Below, piece by piece: positions 26,699 through 37,297 of a stretch of 64,000 bases of DNA. Each line of letters starts with the position of its first letter. Within the stretch, counting starts at the first letter, position 1. Both the position numbers and the translations under genes were made by a program. Below the pieces are notes generated by a model. That model saw only the letters and a program-made list of their open reading frames with translations, was not told the DNA's origin and did not search any database. Source of the DNA: Vicinamibacteria bacterium (lineage in GTDB: Bacteria; Acidobacteriota; Vicinamibacteria; Marinacidobacterales; Marinacidobacteraceae); NCBI GenBank assembly GCA_964291235.2, contig OZ219816.1, positions 480,001 to 544,000 on the forward strand. Direction: 5' to 3'.

Positions 26699-27924
26699 CC
26701 CGAAGGAGTTCCCGCTTCGGACATTCGCGCGCGCGGATCGAGACGGACGAGCGCCTTGGCCGCCAACCCCTCACCCCTCCCGGTAAAGCCCATGCCGTCG
26801 GTGGTCGTAGCTTTCAGGCCCACCGCGCCCCGAGCGATTCCGAGCAGCTCCCCGAGCCTTTGCCGCATCTCCTCGATCCGGGGGGCGAGCCGGGGACGCT
26901 CGGCGATGATGGTGATATCCACCTGACCCGGCGTATAGCCCGCGTTCGCCGCAATCCCGAGCGCTCGCTGCACAAACCGTTCACTCGACGCGCCCCGAAG
27001 CGCGGCGTCGGACGACGGGAACAGCGCTCCGATGTCGGGTGCGGCAACCGCGCCGAGAATGGCATCGGTGAGGGCGTGCAGGACGGCGTCTCCGTCGGAA
27101 TGTCCCACGAGGGCGGCGACGCCTGGAAACGAAATCCCGCCCAACTGGAGCGTGCCGGTCGTTCCGAAGCGATGCGCGTCGAACCCCAGGCCGATCCTCG
27201 GCATGCCCGGGGTCCCCCCGAGCACGATACGAGCGAATTCCAGATCGGCCCCGCGAGTCACTTTCAGGTTTTGTGGACTCCCCTCGACGACCCGGACCGG
27301 ATGTCCCGCGGCGCGCACCACCGAAGCTTCATCCGTTCCGGTCACTCCGGCTCCCGCCGCCCGGGCAAGGGACTCCTTCAGGAGTTCCCGGCGAAAACAC
27401 TGCGGCGTCTGGACCGCGACGGTCTGCTCCCGGTCCAGCAGAGTCTCCGCGTCGCCGCCGGCGCCCAGTCGCCAGAGGGTGTCCGACGGCCGGCACCCCG
27501 GGATGGCAGCGCCGTGACGCTGCGCCGTCTCGATGATCTCCTCGATCAGCGCAGGCGGCGGTGCGGGCCGCGCCCCGTCGTGGACGGCGACGAGATCCGC
27601 CACCGCACCTTCCGCTTCCTGAAACCGCTCGTCGAGCGCCGCAAGCCCCCGCGCGGTCGATTCCTGGCGGGTAGCCCCCCCGGAACAGAAGAAAACGCGG
27701 TTCGCCTCGGCGCCGAAGAAGGGCCGGAGCTCCTCCTGCCAGGCAGTGAAGCCGGCCGCCGGAAGCACCAGCACGAGACGGGTGACGCGAGCCGTGGCCA
27801 GGACGGCCCGGACGGAGTGGACAACCAGCGGCAGGCCGAGCACCGGTTGGAACTGCTTCGGGGTCGGATCGGTGCCGAACCGGGTTCCCGCACCGGCCGC
27901 CACGACGACAGCACCAACCCGCAC
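26695..27924 (-). CDS. ispDF: Bifunctional IspD/IspF (MEP pathway)
   Basis: AAGAGTRF..PKQF, HDGARP, QTPQ, then GFDAH, HSDGD, KATT. Confidence 0.95.
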   Translation of the reverse strand: MRVGAVVVAAGAGTRFGTDPTPKQFQPVLGLPLVVHSVRAVLATARVTRLVLVLPAAGFTAWQEELRPFFGAEANRVFFCSGGATRQESTARGLAALDERFQEAEGAVADLVAVHDGARPAPPPALIEEIIETAQRHGAAIPGCRPSDTLWRLGAGGDAETLLDREQTVAVQTPQCFRRELLKESLARAAGAGVTGTDEASVVRAAGHPVRVVEGSPQNLKVTRGADLEFARIVLGGTPGMPRIGLGFDAHRFGTTGTLQLGGISFPGVAALVGHSDGDAVLHALTDAILGAVAAPDIGALFPSSDAALRGASSERFVQRALGIAANAGYTPGQVDITIIAERPRLAPRIEEMRQRLGELLGIARGAVGLKATTTDGMGFTGRGEGLAAKALVRLDPRARMSEAGTPSG

Positions 27925-27938
27925 GACGCGCCCCCGGG

Positions 27939-29315
27939 CTAACCGACCGCCGCCAGAGCGTCGTGGAGGGACTCCACCGCGACGAGCTCAATCTCCGCCG
28001 GACGCTCGGCGGAGCGGATTCCGCCCGGGTTCATAACCGCGCGACGGTATCCCAGGCGCGCCGCCTCCCGGAGGCGGACAGCCGCCTGGTGGACCGGCCT
28101 GACTTCGCCGGAGAGTCCGACTTCTCCCAAGAGGACGGTCCCCGGCGCCAAGGCCACTCCGCGCCGCCGGGAAGCCACCGCGGCGAGCAGCCCCAGATCG
28201 GCAGCGGGCTCGCTCACGGTCAGCCCACCGGTAACCGAGACGTAGACATCACTGCGGAGCAATCCCCCGCCGCCACCCGTTTCGAGGACCGCCAAGAGCA
28301 CCGCGAGTCGGCCGCCATCGAAGCCGACGGGAACCCTCCGGGGATAGGCAAGGGGGCTCTCGGCAAGCAACACCTGGATTTCGGCGAGGAGCGGCCTCGT
28401 TCCTTCCAGCGTGCAGACGACCGCCGACCCTGGTTGCGGAGCGCCTCGGGTAAGGAAGAGCTCCGAGGGATTCTGGATCGGTACCAGCCCCTGCCCGGTC
28501 ATGTCGAACACCCCCAACTCTCCTGCCGCGCCGAAGCGGTTCTTCACCGCCCGTAGCAGCCGATGCGACTGTCTCCGGTCCCCTTCGAAGTGCAACACGG
28601 TGTCCACCATGTGTTCGAGGGTGCGCGGCCCCGCAATCGCGCCGTCCTTGTTGACGTGGCCGATGATGAAGACGGGAACCCGGGTGGCCTTCGCATACAG
28701 CACCAGTGCCGCAGCCGCCTCCCGGACCTGGGTGACCGTCCCGGGAGCCCCGCTGATTTCCGGTGAGTGCACGCACTGCACGGAATCGAGCACCAGGAGC
28801 CGCGGCTCCAGGGACTGCGCCGCGTCCAGGATGCGGGGCATGCTGGTCTCCGAAAAGAGGAAGACCGAGTCCGGCTGAAGTCCCAGGCGCTCGCCGCGGA
28901 GCTTGAGCTGGTGTTCGGATTCCTCTCCGCTCACGTAGAGCACGGGCTCGCCGGAAGCCGCCGCCGCGGCAGCCAACTGCAGGAGCAGGGTGCTCTTTCC
29001 CGCGCCGGGCTCACCCGCGACCAGCACCGCCGAGCCCGGTACCACCCCGCCGCCGAGAACCCGGTCGAGTTCGGCGATGCCGAGCGGGCGGCGGGGTGCC
29101 GCGGCGGTATCCACCTCTTTCCAGGCGACGGGCGCCGCGGCGGCGCCGCCCGCCGCGGCGAACCCGCGCCAGCGCCCTCCCGCGGAATCCTCCGGGGGCG
29201 CTTCGTGTTCCACCAGCGGCGTCTGCGACGAGCACGAAGGGCAGTAGCCCATCCAGCGGGAGAAATCCTGCCCGCACTCGAGGCAGGCGAAGCGAACCCC
29301 CGACCGTTTTGCCAC
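27939..29315 (-). CDS. radA: DNA repair protein RadA/Sms
   Basis: CxxC..CxxC, GEPGAGKS, KNRFG; GTG start. Confidence 0.97.
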   Translation of the reverse strand: MAKRSGVRFACLECGQDFSRWMGYCPSCSSQTPLVEHEAPPEDSAGGRWRGFAAAGGAAAAPVAWKEVDTAAAPRRPLGIAELDRVLGGGVVPGSAVLVAGEPGAGKSTLLLQLAAAAAASGEPVLYVSGEESEHQLKLRGERLGLQPDSVFLFSETSMPRILDAAQSLEPRLLVLDSVQCVHSPEISGAPGTVTQVREAAAALVLYAKATRVPVFIIGHVNKDGAIAGPRTLEHMVDTVLHFEGDRRQSHRLLRAVKNRFGAAGELGVFDMTGQGLVPIQNPSELFLTRGAPQPGSAVVCTLEGTRPLLAEIQVLLAESPLAYPRRVPVGFDGGRLAVLLAVLETGGGGGLLRSDVYVSVTGGLTVSEPAADLGLLAAVASRRRGVALAPGTVLLGEVGLSGEVRPVHQAAVRLREAARLGYRRAVMNPGGIRSAERPAEIELVAVESLHDALAAVG

Positions 29316-29319
29316 GGAC

Positions 29320-30720
29320 TCAGAAACCCAGATCCTCATCCGGATCCGGGGGCCCGAGGTCCCTGCCGGCCGCTTCGGCATTGATGTCCTGAAACAGGGT
29401 GTAGCGATCGAGCCAGGCGAGCTTGAGATCTCCGACCGGACCGTTCCGGTTTTTCGCCACGATGATCCGACGCTGGGGACGTTCGGGAGGCTCGATTTCC
29501 TCGGCCCCCTCCTTTTTCTTCTTCCACTCCCGGTGGATGAAGATCACGATGTCGGCATCCTGTTCGAGAGCGCCCGATTCGCGCAGATCCGAAAGCCGCG
29601 GCGCGGTGGAAGTCCCGGTGCGCTGTTCCGGCGCCCGGCTCAACTGGGAAAGAGCCAGGATCGGCACGTCGAGTTCCTTGGCGAGCAGCTTGAAAGAGCG
29701 ACTGATCTCGGCGATCTCCAGGTTGCGGTTCTCGAAACGCCGGGCTCCCGGTTCCGAACCGCGCATCAACTGCAGATAGTCGATAACGATCAGATCGAGC
29801 CCGTGCTCGCGCTGGAGTTGCCGCGCCTTGGATCGCAGCTCGACGGGGGTGACGTTGGAATCGTCCACGTAAATCGACATGGAAGCGACCCCCGGGAGGG
29901 CGTTCTGGATGAGCCGGCGATCCTTCTCGCTGAGGATGCCGGGACGCAGAAGTTGCCGGGCATCCACCATCGCCTTCGAAAACAGCAACCGCGCGGCAAT
30001 CTGGCGCCGAGGCATCTCCAGGCTGAATACCAGCACCCGCTTGCCCGCGCGGCCGGCCTCGAGAACGATGTTGAGCGCCAGGCTCGTCTTGCCCTCTCCG
30101 GGCCGGGCCCCAATGAGAATCAGGTCGGATTGCCGCAGACCCCCCAGGAGGTCGTCCAGCGCTCGAAACCCGGTAGGGATTCCCGCGAATCCCTCGCGGT
30201 GCCGGGACGATTCGTCTGCCAGATCGCCGAGGTCCTTGGCGAGGGAGACCGGACCCGATGCGAACGAGCCCTCCGTGATCGCAAAGAGATCCTTCTCGGC
30301 ATCGCGCAGAATGTCCCGGGGAGCGTTCCGGATCGCGTCGCTCGCGAGGCGGCTGCCGAATTGATGGAGTTCACGGCTGAGAGAATGGTCGCGGACCAGT
30401 TGGGCGTAGTCCGCGGCGTTCGAAGATCTCGCTACTCCATCGAGCAGTTCACCCAGATAGGCCCCGCCGCCGGCCGCCTCCAGTTTTCCGGTGCGCTCCA
30501 ATTCCGCCCGCACGGTAAGCACGTCGATCTTTCGCATCTCGGGGGCGTCGTCGAGGGCGCAGAAGGCCTCGAAGATGCGCTGGTGCCGGGAATCGTGAAA
30601 GTCCCTGGATTGCAAAACCTCGCGGACCGCGTCGAGTTGCCGCCGATCCACCAGCACCGCGGCCAGGACCGCCCGCTCGGCCGCCGGATCCTGCGGAAGG
30701 CGAACGGCTTCCTCCGGCAC
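29320..30720 (-). CDS. dnaB: Replicative DNA helicase
   Basis: ARPGEGKT, IDYLQLM, LSDLRESGALEQDAD, KNRNGP. Confidence 0.97.
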   Translation of the reverse strand: MPEEAVRLPQDPAAERAVLAAVLVDRRQLDAVREVLQSRDFHDSRHQRIFEAFCALDDAPEMRKIDVLTVRAELERTGKLEAAGGGAYLGELLDGVARSSNAADYAQLVRDHSLSRELHQFGSRLASDAIRNAPRDILRDAEKDLFAITEGSFASGPVSLAKDLGDLADESSRHREGFAGIPTGFRALDDLLGGLRQSDLILIGARPGEGKTSLALNIVLEAGRAGKRVLVFSLEMPRRQIAARLLFSKAMVDARQLLRPGILSEKDRRLIQNALPGVASMSIYVDDSNVTPVELRSKARQLQREHGLDLIVIDYLQLMRGSEPGARRFENRNLEIAEISRSFKLLAKELDVPILALSQLSRAPEQRTGTSTAPRLSDLRESGALEQDADIVIFIHREWKKKKEGAEEIEPPERPQRRIIVAKNRNGPVGDLKLAWLDRYTLFQDINAEAAGRDLGPPDPDEDLGF

Positions 30721-30818
30721 GGTCAGAGGCCTGGTTACGGCTCTTCCCCGAAGGGAACTGGGCCGGCTCGTCGGGGGGCCGCTGCCATTTCCGCCACTAC
30801 GCGGTGCACGCGACGCCG

Positions 30819-31403
30819 TCAGTCCTGCGAGTCGTCGGCTTCCTCGGCGGGTACCCCGGAGACGGCCTCATCCTCGTCGGATTCGGCATCGGCGGCACGG
30901 CTAGCCGATACCTCCGTCGGGATCTCCGGCAATGGCTCCACTCCGAGAGAGCCCGCGGCCACCGGCGATACCTCGATCGGAAGATCCACTTCGATCTCGC
31001 TGTGAAGCCGGACGACCGCCGACGAGGGACCCGCGACCTTGATGGGGCCACCGAGAATGATGCGGTTGCGGGCGATTTCGAACCCGTTTTCCGCAAGCTG
31101 CCTGGCAATGTCCTGGACCGAGACGGAACCGTAGAGTTCGTTGGAATCGGTCTTCACCCGGCGGTCGAACCGGAGGGTCTGGCCTTCGAGGGAACGGGCG
31201 ACAGCTTCGGCCGCGTCCTTTTCCCGGATCCGCTGGACAGCCCAGACTTTCCGGGCGTCGGCCACCTCGCGGCGGTTTTCGTCCGTGATGGGGACCGCGA
31301 TCCGTCGGGGAAGCAGGTAGTTGCGAGCGTAACCCGGGCGGACGTTCACCTCGTCGCCGGGTTCACCCAGGGAATCGACGGGCTGTTTCAACAGAAGGCG
31401 CAT
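30819..31403 (-). CDS. rplI: 50S ribosomal protein L9
   Basis: VRPGYARNYLLP, LYGSV. Confidence 0.97.
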   Translation of the reverse strand: MRLLLKQPVDSLGEPGDEVNVRPGYARNYLLPRRIAVPITDENRREVADARKVWAVQRIREKDAAEAVARSLEGQTLRFDRRVKTDSNELYGSVSVQDIARQLAENGFEIARNRIILGGPIKVAGPSSAVVRLHSEIEVDLPIEVSPVAAGSLGVEPLPEIPTEVSASRAADAESDEDEAVSGVPAEEADDSQD

Positions 31404-31423
31404 GGGACTCTCCCCGACCGGCC

Positions 31424-31669
31424 CTATTCGTAAGGCAGGAGCGCCATCTGCCGGGCGCGCTTGATAGCGACCCGAATCTGGCGCTGGGCTCGGGCGCTGG
31501 CGCGCGATACGCGGCGGGGTGCGATCTTGGCGCGGTCACCGAGGAACTCACGAAGGAAATCCACATCCTTCCAGTCCACCCGGTCCACGCCATTCAACGT
31601 TGGATTGACTCGCACCCGCCGAACGGACTGCCGGCGGCGGCGGCGAGGGGTCGCGGGTCTGTCGCTCAT
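31424..31669 (-). CDS. rpsR: 30S ribosomal protein S18 (no Zn cysteines)
   Basis: [24 protein letters not shown]. Confidence 0.96.
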   Translation of the reverse strand: MSDRPATPRRRRRQSVRRVRVNPTLNGVDRVDWKDVDFLREFLGDRAKIAPRRVSRASARAQRQIRVAIKRARQMALLPYE

Positions 31670-32220
31670 GAGGTCTCCTCCTCGGCATTCTCAGCAGACG
31701 GGCCTTCAGCGGAACCGTTCGATGATGCCACTTCTACGGGTTTCTCGGGCTCTTTTTCGTCCGGCTCCCGAGCCGCTTCCTCACTTGCCCGGGCGGCAGC
31801 CTCAGCGGCGGCAGCGGCAGCGCGGGCGGCTCGTTCCTCGCGGCGGCGGAGGTCAGCGGCTTGATCCCGTTCCCGGGTCTCCTTGTCCGTCCGCAGCACG
31901 ATGAACCGCAAGACGCCTTCGGTGAGGCGAATCCGGCTTTCGATGTCTCGGATGGAGCCGGGGGGCGCATCGAAGTAACAAAGGATGTAAAGGCCCTCGT
32001 TGTGCCCGGCGATGGGATACGCGAGCCGCCGGCGCTCCCACGGCTTCAGGCTGACGACTTCGCCGCCCTGACCCTTGACGATCCCCTCCACCCGCTCGAC
32101 CACCGCGAGGGAAGCCGCGTCATCGAGGGTTGGATCCAGGATGAACATGAACTCGTAGCCGTTCACAAGGGAGTCCGCCGGGGGCGGAGCCGTCGGTTGG
32201 GGGCTCGACTGTACGCTCAT
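31666..32220 (-). CDS. rpsF: 30S ribosomal protein S6 with N- and C-terminal extensions
   Basis: [23 protein letters not shown]. Confidence 0.95.
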   Translation of the reverse strand: MSVQSSPQPTAPPPADSLVNGYEFMFILDPTLDDAASLAVVERVEGIVKGQGGEVVSLKPWERRRLAYPIAGHNEGLYILCYFDAPPGSIRDIESRIRLTEGVLRFIVLRTDKETRERDQAADLRRREERAARAAAAAAEAAARASEEAAREPDEKEPEKPVEVASSNGSAEGPSAENAEEETS

Positions 32221-32293
32221 TCGAGGCTGTCTCCAGCGTCACCTGTGACGCCATCCGCAAGGAAGGGTGCGGGGATTTGGGGACGGATCCGCA

Positions 32294-32896
32294 TTACGCG
32301 GCCGTCCGGTTGAACCGGTTCATGGCAGTCTCGATCCCATCACCGACTGCGGTTTCGATGGCCCGCGCCGCCCGCTCCAGCAGATCTTCCACCGAAGCGG
32401 CCTCCTGGGGGGTGAAACGGGAGAGCACGAAATCAGCGGGGTCTTCTCCGGCCGGGGGCTTGCCAATACCGAGGCGCATCCTGGGGATCTCATTCGTTCC
32501 AAGAGCGGCGAGGATGGACGCGAGTCCGTTGTGACCGCCATCGCTACCGCGCCGGCGGGTCCTGATCGCTCCCAGCGGGAGCGCATAGTCGTCACACACG
32601 ATCAGGGTCGTCTCCGGCGACACGCCTTCGGTTTGCAGGAGGCGGCGCACCGGCCCCCCGCTCCGGTTCATGTACCCCATGGGTCGCAAGAGGGCGATGT
32701 CCCGGCCGGCGATCTCCGTCTGGACGAGGAGCCCTCCGTCGAAGTGGCGAGGCTTCACCGATCGATCCTGAAGGAGCATGTCCACGGCGTCAAACCCGAT
32801 GTTGTGCCGGGTTCCGGCGTAGCGGGCGCCCGGGTTTCCAAGTCCCACAACGAGCTGGACGGGAATCTGGGCGCGCGCCGAGGTCTCGTCCGGCAT
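32294..32896 (-). CDS. pth: Peptidyl-tRNA hydrolase
   Basis: VGLGNPG, TRHNIG, YMNRSG, GGHNGL; start approximate. Confidence 0.95.
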   Translation of the reverse strand: MPDETSARAQIPVQLVVGLGNPGARYAGTRHNIGFDAVDMLLQDRSVKPRHFDGGLLVQTEIAGRDIALLRPMGYMNRSGGPVRRLLQTEGVSPETTLIVCDDYALPLGAIRTRRRGSDGGHNGLASILAALGTNEIPRMRLGIGKPPAGEDPADFVLSRFTPQEAASVEDLLERAARAIETAVGDGIETAMNRFNRTAA

Positions 32897-33007
32897 GCCC
32901 GAATCGACAGGAATACGCGAAGGGGAATCGCTCACCGGACAAGCGGGCCACGACGCCAACGGGGAACGGAGACTGGACAACACGCTCGATCAGAAAGGTT
33001 CCGCCGA

Positions 33008-33619
33008 TCACTCTTCCGGCTCTTCACTCTCGTCTTCTTGCTCCTCGTCCTCCTCGGTTCCCTTCGGTGGGGAGACGTGGACGACGACCACCTCCCGATC
33101 CGTCGAGAGGCCGATCCCTTCCGGCAACTCGATGTTGCCCGCCCGCACGGTGTCGCCGTAGTCGAGCTCGCTGATCTCAAGCGACAGGAACTCCGGAATG
33201 TCGTGCGGCCGGCAGGTGACGGTGATGAACCGGGTGATGAAGTCGAGATGTCCGCCGCGCTTGACACCCTGGGATTCGCCCTCGAGGTGCACGGGGACGT
33301 GCCAGTCGGACGCCTTGTCCAGATCCACCCGCATCAGGTCTGCGTGCAACACCGAGTGATCGAGCGGGTGCAGTTGATAGTCGTGGATCATCACCTGTTC
33401 CGCGCTCTCCTGGCCATCGATCTCCAGGGAAAAGATGGTGTTCACACCGCGCCGCGAACGAACGATTTCGGTGACCTGCCGCGGGGAAACCGCGAGCGCA
33501 CGGGCGCCTCCGGCACCCCCATAGACGACGGCCGGAATCATCCCGCTCGCCCGAAGGCGGCGATTCGGCCCCTTGCCGACGGCGGTGCGGGAACTCGCGG
33601 GAATCGAGAGTTGAGACAT
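33008..33619 (-). CDS. rplY: 50S ribosomal protein L25/CTC
   Basis: RRLRASGMIPAVVYG, HADL, GVKRGG. Confidence 0.95.
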   Translation of the reverse strand: MSQLSIPASSRTAVGKGPNRRLRASGMIPAVVYGGAGGARALAVSPRQVTEIVRSRRGVNTIFSLEIDGQESAEQVMIHDYQLHPLDHSVLHADLMRVDLDKASDWHVPVHLEGESQGVKRGGHLDFITRFITVTCRPHDIPEFLSLEISELDYGDTVRAGNIELPEGIGLSTDREVVVVHVSPPKGTEEDEEQEDESEEPEE

Positions 33620-33802
33620 GGCAGTGTGCGTGGTGGGTTCTGGTGGGACAGGAGTGGATGGCGATCCGGGAACGGGAGGAGAAGACGCAGGAAGCGCCGC
33701 CCTCCAAGACTCTTCTCAGTGGCCCCGGGTGAGTGCGCCTGAAAAATCCGGTGGATGCCGCCGCAGCGTCATCCGCTCCTTACCGGCAATACAGGGCGCG
33801 GA

Positions 33803-33811
33803 AGTCTAGCA
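33803..33811 (-). promoter_or_regulatory. Possible extended -10 promoter for rplY
   Basis: TGcTAGACT on the minus strand about 185 bp upstream of rplY; no clear -35. Confidence 0.35.
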
Positions 33812-34131
33812 GTCGCGGGATGACCTCGCGCGCGAGGAAATCGCAGGCGGCGTCTCCGGCTGGCATCGTGTTCGGCCCGATTCGCGCCCGAACCCGGTGC
33901 GCGTCGGCGGGCCAGACCTGACCATGCTCACGGCCCCGGCAATGTCCCACCTGAGTAAAAGACACTGGCAGCGAACTCCGTTCGCTGCCGGCGTGTCCGG
34001 GGGGAAAGTGTGAAAGGGGGTCCGCCACTGTAGCACCCGTAAACCATTGACTTCTCTGTGTTTACGGGAAACGATCCACTGCTCTGGCCCCCGGCACGGC
34101 CCCCCGCGCGGATGGCGTCTTGCGGGCAGTC

Positions 34132-34640
34132 TTAAGCCTGTGCGGGAACACCGGCGCACTCAACGAGCGTGTCGGCAGGGCCAAGCTCTCTGCATCCGCG
34201 CCCAGCGACCGCGACCGAGAGCTGGCGAGTGCATCCGTGCGGGCGGCGTATCCTCGGTAGGTGTCTGGTCCCCACGATCTCCACGTCCATCAACTCTTGC
34301 CCCTTCTGTTGAGAGAGCACTTCGTCCTGAGCCATCTTTTCAGCTACGGCGGCCCGAAGAATCGTGTTGTCTCGGTACGCACTCCGCTTTCCAGTGATCT
34401 CGCCACGCTCGATCATTTCGCGCCGGATACTCTCGATACTGAGGTCTTTGTCATCGTCGAAGGCATCCCTCGTCAACCAGAGGTAGAGCGGCCCAAGAAC
34501 GCGGGAGTAGAGGAACATGGACCCGAACACGATAAGTTCCGCAATCTCTATCGGAACGTTCGTGGTGGCGAACAAGGCGCCTCCAGCCCATAATGCCGCC
34601 GCCCGGATCACGCGTCCGAGTCCACCGTCACGGTGACGAT
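34132..34640 (-). pseudogene. Fragment of a hypothetical membrane protein
   Basis: Hydrophobic then charged segment within ORF 34132..34851; the 5' part of that ORF is IS antisense sequence. Confidence 0.35.
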
Positions 34641-34771
34641 ATCCACGTTGTGATACTTCTGGTGTCGGACCGTGCGGGCGTAGTGTTGCAGGAGACGAAG
34701 CGAAACGTCCTCGTCTCCTGGAATTCCTGCCGGGCCGACCAGGAGCGCCAGCCGATCCGACGCTGACCCGG

Positions 34772-34933
34772 ATGCTGCACCTGGCGGTGGTTGTGGACGC
34801 CTGCAGCCGGCGGGTGGTGGGTTGGGCGATGGCGCTGCATGCGCGGGCCACGCTGGTTCTGGAGGCCTTGGAGATGGCGCTCGAGCAACGGGGGCCCCAG
34901 GACGTGATCCACCACTCCGATCAGGGGTGTCAA
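34772..34933 (+). mobile_element. IS3-family transposase core fragment
   Basis: LAVVVDACSRRVVGWAM...IHHSDQGCQ (rve domain, first two catalytic Asp). Confidence 0.85.
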
Positions 34934-34937
34934 GCCA

Positions 34938-35016
34938 GGTTCAAGTGTTCGTCGCAACGCTACTCTCGGGGTAACCGAATGTAGGAGTCAAGGGCTTCGG
35001 CAGGCGTCTTCCAACT
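34938..35016 (-). mobile_element. IS30-family right-end remnant
   Basis: Minus strand reads SWKTPAEALD..., then GTTGCGACGAACACTTGAACC, resembling an IS30 C-terminus and IR; abuts the IS3 HSDQG site. Confidence 0.65.
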
Positions 35017-35061
35017 TCGAACAACAACTGCGAGAGCTGGAATGAACCGGCACTCCCACTG

Positions 35062-35085
35062 GTCCGATCAACTGGGGCAAGCTCA
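35062..35085. mobile_element. Orphan IS3-type terminal inverted repeat
   Basis: GTCCGATCAACTGGGGCAAGCTCA = reverse complement of the TG..GCCCC..GGAC IS3 end pattern. Confidence 0.55.
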
Positions 35086-35110
35086 GAGGCCGGCGCTCTT
35101 GGAGTTGCCT

Positions 35111-35950
35111 TGGAGTCGCCTCAGTAAAACGGACACCTCACATTGCCTCAGAGGAGGTCCGCGATGGCAAACATAGGCCGCCAGTATCCGGCGGAGTATC
35201 GATGACGTCTGGTAGAGCTGGTCCGAGCGGGTCGGAGCCCGGAGGATCTGGCGCGCGAGTATGAGGCGAGCACGCGAGCGATTCGGCGTTGGGTTGCGGC
35301 GGCGGACCAGAAGGAGGGCCGCCGGGAGGACGGCTGGACGCGCGAGGAGCGGGTGGGGTTGCGGCGGCTGCATCAGGAGAACCGGCAGTTGAAGCGGGAG
35401 GTATTGTTCCTAAGAAAGCGGCGGCCTGGTTCGCTCGGGAGACCGAGTCGGGAGATATCGACTGATACGAGCGAGCCAGGCCGAGGTGGGAGTGAGCGCG
35501 ATGGCGCGCTTGCTGGGGGTATCGCGGAGCGGGTATTACGCGTGGCGCGATCGGGAGCCGAGCCGCCATGCGCAGGCGGACGAGCGGCTGAAGTCGGCCA
35601 TCAGGGCGGCGCACGCGGCGAGCCGTGGGACGTATGGCGCGCCGCAGATCCGGGCGGAGTTGGCGTCGGAGGGGCTTTGGGTGAGCCGGCGTCGGGTGGC
35701 GCGGCTGATGCGGGAGACGGGGATCTGCGGGGTGAGTCGCCGGCGCCGGGTGCGGACCACGATCCAGGACGTCGCGAGGTGTCCGGCGCCGGACCTGGTG
35801 AACCGGAACCTCGAGGCCGAGGCTCCGGATCAGTTGTGGGTGGCGGATATCACCTGCGTTCCGACGGCGACCCAGTGGTGGTATCTGGCGGTGGTGCTGG
35901 ACGCGTGCAGTCGGCGGGTAGTGGCCTGGGCGATGGCGCTGCACCTACGA
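35111..35950 (+). mobile_element. Degenerate IS3-family element (IRL, orfA with internal stop, truncated orfB)
   Basis: IRL TGGAGTCGCCTCAGTAAAACGGACACC; orfA from 35164 MANIGRQYPAEYR*RLVELVRAG; orfB GVSRSGYY, TYGAP, WVADIT, YLAVVLDACSRR. Confidence 0.9.
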
Positions 35951-35958
35951 ATGGACGC

Positions 35959-36404
35959 TCACCCACCAGCCATGCGCATCGGCCGGTGACGGCGTTGCTT
36001 CTTCTTGGTCGCAGCGGTCAGTGGCACACGAATCCGCTCGTAGAGCGCAAAGAGGCGCTCGACCCGCTCCCGTTCTGAGGAGAACTTGCGCGGTCTGTAG
36101 AGGCGGTCTACGGCACGGTCGAGCGCATGGTGGGCGCGGTGCCAATTCGGCGGCATAAGGTCCGGGTCATAAAGGTCAATGAGGGTGGCGTCTGGGTGGG
36201 CAACGCGGGCACCGAGTACGGCCTGGGCGAGGGGCTCCAGAACTGACAGGTCTATGGCGCGGCCGGGTGGCGGGAATGTGCTGTAGACAAGCCCGCTCGA
36301 ATACCGGTAGCGACTCTCCAATCGGCCTCCGACCGCCCGCATCCACGCCATGTGTATCGCGGAGGTAAGGAGAGCGAAACAGGCCGAGCGTGCCGTCCTC
36401 GACG
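35959..36404 (-). pseudogene. C-terminal fragment of an MmeI-like type IIL restriction-modification enzyme
   Basis: HMAWMRAVGGRLESRYRYS..VYSTFP, LIDLYDPDLMP, AHHALDRAVDRLY, ERVERLFALY; methyltransferase and nuclease domains absent. Confidence 0.85.
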
Positions 36405-36587
36405 ACCAACAGCTTGTTGCTGGGAATCAGGCCGAACGCTTACAACGGTTGGTAACCGTTCGCGTCTGCCAGTGCCGCATTGGCTAGGAAACCGCACACC
36501 AGACGCGCCAGCGCACCGCGAATGGGGTGGCGCTCCCTCCGTGGGATAATCCGCAGTAGAATTCACTGCTCCAGCGAGAGGAGAACC

Positions 36588-37295
36588 GTGGCCGACTATG
36601 TCATCCGACTGACTGGAATCAGCAAGATGTTCTACACGGATGAGGTCGAAACCCACGCCCTAGCAGACGTGAACCTAAGCCTCGGTGTCGGGGATTACGT
36701 GGCGATCGCGGGGCCCTCCGGGTGCGGGAAATCCACCCTGCTTTCGATTCTCGGCCTGCTGGATTCGCCCAACGCGGGGGAGTAACTCCTGAACGGCCGC
36801 TCGGTGGCGAACCTGGACCTGACGGAGCGAGCCCGGATCCGTAACCGCGAAGTCGGATTCATCTTCCAGGCTTTCAACCTCATCGGTGATCTGACCGTGT
36901 ACGAGAATGTCGAGTTGCCGCTGGTCTACCGAGGGATGCCCGGGGCCGAGAGGAAACGGCGGACGGACGAAGCACTGGAGCGCGTCGGAATGTCATATCG
37001 CCGCAAGCATTTCCCTTCACAGCTCTCCGGAGGGCAGCAACAGCGGGTGGCGGTGGCCCGGGCGGTGGTCGGGGAGCCTTCCATCGTGCTCGCTGACGAA
37101 CCCACGGGCAACCTCGACTCTACGAACGGCACCGAGGTGATGGACATGCTGAACTCGCTGCATCAGGGAGGGGCGACCATCTGTATGGTCACGCACGACC
37201 CGCGTTACGCCGGCCGCGCGGAACGGACCGTCCACCTGTTCGACGGGCATGTCGTCGAGGCGGCGGAAAACGAAGAGACGGTGGCGGCCACCTAA
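36588..37295 (+). pseudogene. MacB/LolD-type ABC ATPase with in-frame TAA at 36783-36785
   Basis: [40 protein letters not shown] all in one frame; GE*LLNG where GEYLLNG is expected. Confidence 0.92.
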
Positions 37296-37297
37296 CC

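Noticed and set aside
26695-27924. IspD-IspF fusion as a novelty
   Set aside because: Bifunctional IspDF is well known in several bacterial groups
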